Below are positions 7,906 to 14,128 of a stretch of 14,128 nt of DNA, one piece after another (the stretch's first letter is position 1; every line of letters starts with the position of its first letter). The stretch comes from Candidatus Heimdallarchaeota archaeon. Lineage in GTDB: Archaea > Asgardarchaeota > Heimdallarchaeia > Heimdallarchaeales > Heimdallarchaeaceae. The DNA lies in NCBI GenBank assembly GCA_019057375.1, contig DXJF01000154.1, forward strand, positions 1 through 14,128, read 5' to 3'. Below the pieces are notes generated by a model, which ran no database searches, was not told the origin of the DNA, and saw only the letters and a list, made by a program, of their open reading frames with translations. Both the position numbers and the translations under genes were made by a program.

Positions 7906-8826
7906 ATGAACAACAATCCTCAAAAAAATGGTCAAAATAGCAGACCGAAGCAATCTCGTTTAACTTCTTATATCTCTAATGGAGAGAATACTAGGGAAAT
8001 TGAGTACGCAATTCTTGCCCATCCTATTGTTAAGTGGGCAGGAGGAAAAAGAGGATTAATTGAGAAGTATAAACCATATTTACCTAAGGATTTCAATAAA
8101 TACTATGAACCGTTTTTTGGTGGGGGAGCTATATTCTTTCATCTCTTTTCGATTGGTAGAGTAAAAGAAGCTAAAATTTCTGATATTAATTCCGAACTTG
8201 TCAATATGTATAAAGTAGTCAAAACTAAGGTTGATGATTTAGTAGAAGAGCTTAAATCAGGAAAATATTTAAATGATAAAGATATTTTTTACGAAATTAG
8301 AGCTGAAGAACCAGAAGAGCCTGTTCTAAGAGCTGCACGCTTAATTTACCTAAATCGAACATGTTTCAATGGTCTTTATAGAGTTAATAAACAAGGAAAA
8401 TTCAATGTTCCATTTGGAAAATACCCGAAAAACGTTAAGATCTTGAATGAAGAAAATCTAAGAAATGTGAATCAATGTCTACAGGATGTTGAATTAACAT
8501 CTGAAGATTTCGAAAAATCTGTTAAAGATGCAAAGGAAGGAGACTTTGTTTATTTTGATCCACCATATATGCCTTTAACTGAGACAGCTAATTTCACAGA
8601 TTATACCTCTAAAGGTTTTGGAATAAAGGAACAAGAAAGACTAGCTAAAGTATTCAAAGAACTAGATGAAAGAGGGTGTTATGTTATGGAAAGCAATTCT
8701 GACGTTCCTAAAATTGCTGAGTTATACGAAGGATATGAAATCAAGAAAGTTCATGCAAGAAGATTCATTAGTAGTGATCCTAATGGGAGAGGAGGAGTTC
8801 TAGAATCTTTGATTTTGAATTATTAG
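7906..8826 (+). CDS. dam: Dam/DpnM-family N6-adenine DNA methyltransferase (D12 class, likely GATC)
   Basis: PIVKWAGGKR, YYEPFFGGGAIFF (motif I), ISDINSEL, YLNRTCFNGLYRVNKQGKFNVPFGKY (Dam-type target-recognition segment), DFVYFDPPY (DPPY at 8557-8568), VMESNS. It has a ~30 aa N/Q-rich N-terminal extension. Confidence 0.93.
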   Translation: MNNNPQKNGQNSRPKQSRLTSYISNGENTREIEYAILAHPIVKWAGGKRGLIEKYKPYLPKDFNKYYEPFFGGGAIFFHLFSIGRVKEAKISDINSELVNMYKVVKTKVDDLVEELKSGKYLNDKDIFYEIRAEEPEEPVLRAARLIYLNRTCFNGLYRVNKQGKFNVPFGKYPKNVKILNEENLRNVNQCLQDVELTSEDFEKSVKDAKEGDFVYFDPPYMPLTETANFTDYTSKGFGIKEQERLAKVFKELDERGCYVMESNSDVPKIAELYEGYEIKKVHARRFISSDPNGRGGVLESLILNY

Positions 8827-8827
8827 C

Positions 8828-9700
8828 TTAAAGAATCTCATTATTTTTGGAACTATACTTGAATTTTGTAATGTTTTCATCATCTCTGGGTTTTCTAAAA
8901 ACATATAGATGTTCATGCATGATCAAATGAAAATTGTATTTCATGCTTTGTTTCCTCCATTGAGGAGTACTTGCACAGTTCCATTGGTGTTTAATGATAT
9001 CTTCTCTCAAGATAAAACCTGTATCTAGAAAAGTTTTCAGAACATAAGCAGAAAGAGGAACATAGTGTCTGTGCTTTCGAGTGTCACCTATTAAGATAGC
9101 TAGAAACTTATCTCCTTTGAGAACACGGTAACATTCTCGAGCTATTTTCTTCATCTCGTCAGTAAAATATCTAACACTTCCAATTGATGAGAGATCTTGG
9201 AGATTGTTCTCTGAATATCTTATTATATTTAGATAGGGAGGGTGAGTACAGATTAAATCAATAGAATTATCATCAATTTTATCTAGTTTTCTAGCGTCAC
9301 CTAAGTATAAAATGTGAGAAGAATCATTGGTATTAGGAACTTGAGAAATTCTTTCTTTAGCGACTTCAAGAGGTTTCTTGTTGATGTCGACGCCAATACT
9401 ATTTCTACCTGTTAGTTTAGCTTCAATAATAGTTGTACCACTACCAACCATTGGATCTAAAACCAAATCTCCTTGCTCAGAATATCTTTCAATAACATTC
9501 CTAGGAATTTGAGGAGCAAAATTTCCTCGGTAATCTCCTTTATGAGTAGCCCATTTACCTCTATTAGGAAAAGACCAAATAGTTGTTGCTTCAAGCTCAA
9601 AATCATTTGTGTCTTGCTGATTTGTACTAGTTTCAGTTTTTAAATCAGGGTTATCTTTATAAAATTCTTTCATTCCTTTTGGACCTTCTAATTTGGGCAT
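8828..9700 (-). CDS. Amino (N4-C/N6-A) DNA methyltransferase-like, N6_N4_Mtase/TRM11-like fold
   Basis: TIWSFPNRGKWATHKGDYRGNFAPQIP, VLDPMVGSGTT (motif I, 9457-9434), GVDIN, GDAR, IDLICTHPPY (motif IV variant, 9247-9233), HEHLYVFRK. Substrate (m4C vs m6A, DNA vs RNA) cannot be fixed from the motifs. Confidence 0.82.
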   Translation of the reverse strand: MPKLEGPKGMKEFYKDNPDLKTETSTNQQDTNDFELEATTIWSFPNRGKWATHKGDYRGNFAPQIPRNVIERYSEQGDLVLDPMVGSGTTIIEAKLTGRNSIGVDINKKPLEVAKERISQVPNTNDSSHILYLGDARKLDKIDDNSIDLICTHPPYLNIIRYSENNLQDLSSIGSVRYFTDEMKKIARECYRVLKGDKFLAILIGDTRKHRHYVPLSAYVLKTFLDTGFILREDIIKHQWNCASTPQWRKQSMKYNFHLIMHEHLYVFRKPRDDENITKFKYSSKNNEIL

Positions 9701-9723
9701 TAATGCTTCTATCCACAGTATTA

Positions 9724-9731
9724 AATATAAA
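9724..9731 (-). promoter_or_regulatory. Putative archaeal TATA box for the THPPY methyltransferase (leaderless or short-leader transcript)
   Basis: Minus strand TTTATATT lies at -31 to -24 relative to ATG 9700, the canonical archaeal spacing, and no SD is evident. AT-rich background lowers specificity. Confidence 0.4.
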
Positions 9732-9892
9732 GGTCAGCTTTTAAACACAGCAATTTCACTTTAACAAAAATGTTTGTATTTATAATAGGATCAATAAATT
9801 TATACATTAGATAAGTTAAGCTATATATACAAAATTCAATAATTAATATGATACTTTGAAAACTAACCAGCAAAAGTTGAATGTGACCAAAG

Positions 9893-11272
9893 ATGAATAT
9901 CTTACTTGTAGAACCAAATTTTCCTGTTCCACCAAAAAGCAAGAATCATAAGGATTTTCTTCCAATTGGTCTAATGAAGCTATACAGCTATCATTTTTCT
10001 ATTGGAAATAAAGTTCAATTAGTAAGAGGTTGTGTAAGAAAAGAGGATATTTATTTTGATTCTATAGATCAAATATGGATCTCTTCACTGTTTACTTATT
10101 GGTTCTACAGTGTGCAAGAGAGCCATAACCATTATCGAAATTTGTTTCCAGATTCAACTATTCTTGTAGGAGGGATAGCTGCATCTCTCTTCCCTGAGGA
10201 GGCAAAACGAAGACTAAGTGCTGATCTTATTTTGAATGCTGGTTGGGGATCAACATTTGGTATTAAAACTAGCAATAAAAATAAAGCAAAAACAATTATT
10301 GTTAAAGGTGTAGAAGAATTTGCAGAGAATAACAAGGAAGAATCTTCCCATTTTGATTGTTTTTGTTTTAATTCATCATTGAATGCTGTTTATAAAGAAG
10401 TAGCACCTAGAATAGAATTTCAAATTATTCATGGTCAACGAGGATGTATAAGAAATTGTAAATTTTGTGGAGTTCATATTATTGAACCCCAATTCAAAGG
10501 TAAGTCAAGTATCAAAGACAGCTTGGTAAGGAAGAAGAATTTAGTATTCTATGACAACAATTTTCTTGCGGCTGTAGATAATCCAACAAGAGTCACAAAC
10601 TTGCTAAATGAGCTAATTAAACTAAAGAAATCTAATAGAATCAATTCTTGTGAATCTCAAAGTGGTTTTGATGGTAGGATACTTCTAAAAAATCCCAAAT
10701 ATGCAATAATGCTAAAAGAAGCGGGTTTCAGAAATATCAGAATAGCATGGGACGGGAGTTATGAGGAAAAGGATCATATTAGGAAACAAATAAGCATTCT
10801 TACAAAGAAAGGAAGATATAACTCAAAAGATATTTTTGTTTTTATGATTTATAACTGGGAAATTGATTACAAGGAAATGGAACAAAAAAGAAAACAATGT
10901 TGGAGGTGGGGAGTTCAGATTTCAGACTGTAGAAACAGGCCTTTAAAATTATTTGACAAACAAAACTATCGTCCCCGAATAATCGGACAAAAGAATGACG
11001 ACTATTATATTCATCCTAAATGGACAGATTCAGAAATAAAGCAGTTTAGAAGAAACATAAGAAGACAAAATATTGCGATCAGGCAGAATATAAAATTCTA
11101 TTCAAAGCTTTGCGAGCAGAAGAAAATAGATAGAGAAAAAACAAGAGAATTGAATTCTTTGTCAACGTCAGAGGCTAAAACTTATGCAAAACAACATGAT
11201 ATTGATCTTTGGTTTCCAGGTAGAAAAACTGAACCTATTTCAAATACGAAATTGTTTGATTCTCATGTGTAA
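9893..11272 (+). CDS. Radical SAM protein with an N-terminal cobalamin-binding-like domain; function unknown
   Basis: N-terminal ILLVEP..P...LPIGLMKL...IWISSLFT.W...ILVGGIAASLFPE is the Rossmann-type B12-binding-like pattern of class B radical SAM enzymes. RGCIRNCKFC (CxxxCxxC at 10445-10468), VFYDNNFLA, GFDGRIL, IRIAWD. Confidence 0.85.
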   Translation: MNILLVEPNFPVPPKSKNHKDFLPIGLMKLYSYHFSIGNKVQLVRGCVRKEDIYFDSIDQIWISSLFTYWFYSVQESHNHYRNLFPDSTILVGGIAASLFPEEAKRRLSADLILNAGWGSTFGIKTSNKNKAKTIIVKGVEEFAENNKEESSHFDCFCFNSSLNAVYKEVAPRIEFQIIHGQRGCIRNCKFCGVHIIEPQFKGKSSIKDSLVRKKNLVFYDNNFLAAVDNPTRVTNLLNELIKLKKSNRINSCESQSGFDGRILLKNPKYAIMLKEAGFRNIRIAWDGSYEEKDHIRKQISILTKKGRYNSKDIFVFMIYNWEIDYKEMEQKRKQCWRWGVQISDCRNRPLKLFDKQNYRPRIIGQKNDDYYIHPKWTDSEIKQFRRNIRRQNIAIRQNIKFYSKLCEQKKIDREKTRELNSLSTSEAKTYAKQHDIDLWFPGRKTEPISNTKLFDSHV

Positions 11273-11278
11273 AATGAT

Positions 11279-13891
11279 TTATTGTTTCACTCTTTGAATT
11301 GAAATTATTCTATAAAGACCTCTAGAAATTCTTTCATACAAAATTGTTTCTTCAAAACTCCATTCTTTCATCATTCTTTCTTTTCTTAAAATAGCCTTTA
11401 CTATTTGTTTAATAAATTTACCAACTTTTCGATGTAAAACTCTTAATTTACTAATTTCCAAATGCATTGAAACATAGTCTTCAGATATTATATGATCATT
11501 TATAACTTCACCAATTAAACGGAGATCGTCCTGAACTTGAGGTCCAATAACACTACCTCTTATCCACGAATATACTGTTTGTATGGTTTTCTTACCCCCT
11601 TTACTCTTATAACAGTTGTAGAATTCTTTATATGTTATCTCGTTATATTCAATATATTCACTTGTTCTTTTCTTCCAGTATTCTATAAATTCCTTATCTA
11701 TATTTTCTTCGAAACTATATGTATCTAAAATTGTATCAAGAAGTGTTTTTCTCTCATCTCCTCCAAGGAGAACAATTAACTCGCCTGGTTTGAGATTTTT
11801 AGGTGTAATTTCTATAATACTTCCATCGTCTTCATCTATTGTTAAAAATGTTTTATTAATGTCTAAATACTTTGTTATTATTCCTTCGTCTCCTTCTTTT
11901 TTAAGTAGAACTTGATAAGATAAACTAGTTCTTGTTTTAGATATTTCTTTTTCTACTTGATTTAAAATCTCTTTTGATATCTTATCAAGTGATTTTTGAT
12001 CATTTTCGTATTCTCGCAAATCATCATAATTATTTGTTGAACTAAATATGTTATTAATAATTTCATTGATTGCTGGTAGCTCATTATGAATAGAAATTTT
12101 ATCATTAATTTCTTCGTCTTCAATGTCCCCCTCACTTGATTTTATCTTAATAAATTGTTCCTGTTCCAGTTCCTGTTCCTCTAAAGTGTTTTCATCTTTT
12201 TGGATAAATTCATCAAGAATTTCATTGTTAGTAATTTTTAAATACCTAAATATTTCTTGTAAATAGTTGATAGCTTTTTCTTGTTTAGCTAGAGTAAAAT
12301 CAGAAATTAGGTTAATTTGTTTTTTTGCAATATCATAATTTAATCCTTCATATGCTAAAATAATTATTTTGTTATATGGTCTTAATAATTCTGAAAGGTA
12401 ATTGAATCTTATTGGACCAGGAAGTATCAATATGCAATTTTTTCTTTCAAAAATTGAATTATATATCTCCTTCATAGTAAAAACTCTAATATTAGTATTA
12501 TCTTTGAAATATTCTCTAATCCTATTTCTTTCATAAGGTGAATTAGTTGAAATTATTATATCTTTTTGATCAAGTTCAGAAACTAATTCTCTTAATTTAG
12601 TTTCCTTGGAAGTTCTTTCATAGCTTGTAATTTCATTAAATCTCTTTACTTCCTTTAATTCACTATATAAGTTAAATGCATAATCACAGATTTTCTCTAA
12701 TATTTTTGAATTTTTATTAGATTCTTCTGTAGTTGCATCATTTGTTAGTTCAATTATCTGTGGAATTGACAGGTATCTTAGTTCTCCTTTACGGGATAAA
12801 AATAATGTTTTAAATTTAGAAGGATTTAATACCATATTTTGAAGATTATTTACTATTTTGAGAAGTGTATAAACCTTTAAACCATTTTTCAAAGATTCTT
12901 TATCAATTAAAGCTCTTAATTTCTTGATTTCGAGGTAATAAAAGTCAATATTTCCCCCTTTTAAAGTTGGTTCTAAAACTGATATGTTTTCCTTATGTTC
13001 ATAATCGCTTTTTGAATCTAAATTATATGCATTAAGTAAGGACCAATTTATATTTGAAATTTCATTTTCTTGATAATATTCTAATGATTTTTCCCTTAAC
13101 ATTCTATTCATGGATATGAACTTATTTCCAAGAGGAAGTACAAAACAATTGAATTCCCTTTTTAAGTTCTCAATAAATGAAGACTCAGGATTTGAGAAAT
13201 GAAAAACAAATCGAAAATCTAATTTCTTATATTTTTGCAGCCACTTTACAAATTCATTGTATTTGTAATTTGAGTGTACAAATCGGTCAACATTCTCAAT
13301 AATACAAAGATCTGTCTTAATTGTAGCTTTTTTATCAATTATCTCGTCTTCAACTTCCAAGCTTTCAATGTTTTCTGCTATTCTTGATTTCTCTTCAGAA
13401 TTATCAAATAGTAGTTTAGCTGTTTCAGTTTTTGCTAGATTATCTTTTAAGAATTTTATGTATTGTTCTCTATATGTTTTTGTTATCCATTTAGAATATA
13501 ATTTCACGGAAATTGTTGAATTTTCAACACAACCAACTGGATAATTCATAAAATAAAAGTGATTATATGAATCTTGTAACAAAGTAAAATTTTTGACGTG
13601 AAGGTCAATTGGGCGTTTTGAAATTGAACTATTTTTTTGACTCAGAACATAGACAGACTTATTACAAGTTTTCAAATAAAGCAATGTTATTAGAGCTAGA
13701 GGTTTTAAAATAGAGGAGTTATAAACAATTATTAAGTTATTATTAGTAATTACTCTGAAGAAAATATTCAATAAGAAATTTGTAACAGGGCTTAGGTTGT
13801 AAGATATTTTTATGATTTTTGGATAATTATTTCTACTTCTAGGTTCAAATCTGTAAACATCATTTATAAATTTATCATGCCATGAACTCAT
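11279..13891 (-). CDS. DrmE-like large protein (degenerate helicase-like N-terminus, acidic linker, DrmE-type C-terminal domain)
   Basis: 870 aa. The C-terminal pattern LKPGELIV...YWKKR...FY..YK.KGG..T.QTVYSWIRGSVIGP...DLRLIG...I.KLRVLHR resembles DrmE-family C-termini as recalled. Walker-B-like CIIENVDRF but no Walker A. Acidic linker EEQELEQEQ...EGDIEDEE. GAGGAG RBS at 13907-13902. Confidence 0.6.
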   Translation of the reverse strand: MSSWHDKFINDVYRFEPRSRNNYPKIIKISYNLSPVTNFLLNIFFRVITNNNLIIVYNSSILKPLALITLLYLKTCNKSVYVLSQKNSSISKRPIDLHVKNFTLLQDSYNHFYFMNYPVGCVENSTISVKLYSKWITKTYREQYIKFLKDNLAKTETAKLLFDNSEEKSRIAENIESLEVEDEIIDKKATIKTDLCIIENVDRFVHSNYKYNEFVKWLQKYKKLDFRFVFHFSNPESSFIENLKREFNCFVLPLGNKFISMNRMLREKSLEYYQENEISNINWSLLNAYNLDSKSDYEHKENISVLEPTLKGGNIDFYYLEIKKLRALIDKESLKNGLKVYTLLKIVNNLQNMVLNPSKFKTLFLSRKGELRYLSIPQIIELTNDATTEESNKNSKILEKICDYAFNLYSELKEVKRFNEITSYERTSKETKLRELVSELDQKDIIISTNSPYERNRIREYFKDNTNIRVFTMKEIYNSIFERKNCILILPGPIRFNYLSELLRPYNKIIILAYEGLNYDIAKKQINLISDFTLAKQEKAINYLQEIFRYLKITNNEILDEFIQKDENTLEEQELEQEQFIKIKSSEGDIEDEEINDKISIHNELPAINEIINNIFSSTNNYDDLREYENDQKSLDKISKEILNQVEKEISKTRTSLSYQVLLKKEGDEGIITKYLDINKTFLTIDEDDGSIIEITPKNLKPGELIVLLGGDERKTLLDTILDTYSFEENIDKEFIEYWKKRTSEYIEYNEITYKEFYNCYKSKGGKKTIQTVYSWIRGSVIGPQVQDDLRLIGEVINDHIISEDYVSMHLEISKLRVLHRKVGKFIKQIVKAILRKERMMKEWSFEETILYERISRGLYRIISIQRVKQ

Positions 13892-14128
13892 TTTCTATAA
13901 TCTCCTCAGAAACTAAAATCAAATAATCGAAGATTTTTGAAACATCCCGCGCTAGGGTCCCTTTAACAGTTATACCAAGTTCAAAATTCTTCATGAATGA
14001 ATTTTTTCTTATTTCACCACTCCCGATATAAACAGTTTTTTTATCTATTATCATGATTTTTGCATGGGTGCTACTTGCTAAATATCCATTTTGCTGATGA
14101 TAATAATTATAGATTCTAAAATTGTAAA
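13875..14128 (-). CDS. PLD-family nuclease (DrmC/Nuc-like), C-terminal part; 5' end outside the window
   Basis: Manual translation of the minus strand from 14126: YNFRIYNYYHQQNGYLASSTHAKIMIIDKKTVYIGSGEIRKNSFMKNFELGITVKGTLARDVSKIFDYLILVSEEIIENEFMA* (TGA at 13877-13875). HxKxxxxD at 14066-14043, then YIGS and NFELGI. Overlaps the DrmE-like ATG by 17 nt. Not in the ORF track. Confidence 0.85.
   Translation of the reverse strand, partial: YNFRIYNYYHQQNGYLASSTHAKIMIIDKKTVYIGSGEIRKNSFMKNFELGITVKGTLARDVSKIFDYLILVSEEIIENEFMA

Noticed and set aside
11243-11272. Possible clamp-binding motif at the radical SAM C-terminus (NTKLFDSHV)
   Set aside because: It lacks Gln and the paired aromatics and fits neither the PIP nor the QL[S/D]LF consensus convincingly.
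7039-11728. Short ORFs 7039-7272, 9721-9942, 10132-10335 and 11537-11728
   Set aside because: Antisense shadows of real genes, or (9721-9942) an AT-rich ORF spanning a divergent promoter region and overlapping the radical SAM start. No RBS or domain evidence.
12150-12185. Short CTGTTC repeats in the DrmE-like gene, and GAAGAT repeats in the helicase (~1588-1605)
   Set aside because: They simply encode acidic low-complexity linkers (EQELEQEQ, EDEDDE) and are not DNA-level repeats.
1-14128. CRISPR array, tRNA/rRNA, IS/transposase, integrase or att sites
   Set aside because: No regularly spaced repeats, structured RNA genes or recombinase motifs seen. Non-coding space is limited to two gaps under 200 bp.

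Overview
A very AT-rich, gene-dense defence island, probably archaeal (GGTGA/GGAGG Shine-Dalgarno motifs, TATA-like boxes and PCNA-interacting (PIP)-box-like motifs; inference). Left (+ strand): a tightly coupled operon of at least five genes. It encodes a 5'-truncated Regnase/Zc3h12a-like NYN ribonuclease (missing from the ORF track), a prokaryotic viperin, a UPF1/DNA2-NAM7-type SF1B helicase, a winged-helix-like hypothetical protein and a tandem-PLD nuclease. The last three resemble a kinase-less, split Mokosh-like module. Middle: four single genes in alternating orientation, namely an EVE/PUA-like + NucS-like PD-(D/E)xK nuclease, a Dam-family m6A methyltransferase, a second amino-methyltransferase (THPPY) and a cobalamin-binding-type radical SAM protein. 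The nuclease and Dam carry terminal PIP-box-like motifs. Right (- strand): a truncated PLD nuclease gene (missing from the ORF track) overlapping a large DrmE-like degenerate helicase. No rRNA, tRNA, CRISPR array, transposase or integrase was seen. All family calls come from motif recognition by eye, with no database searches.
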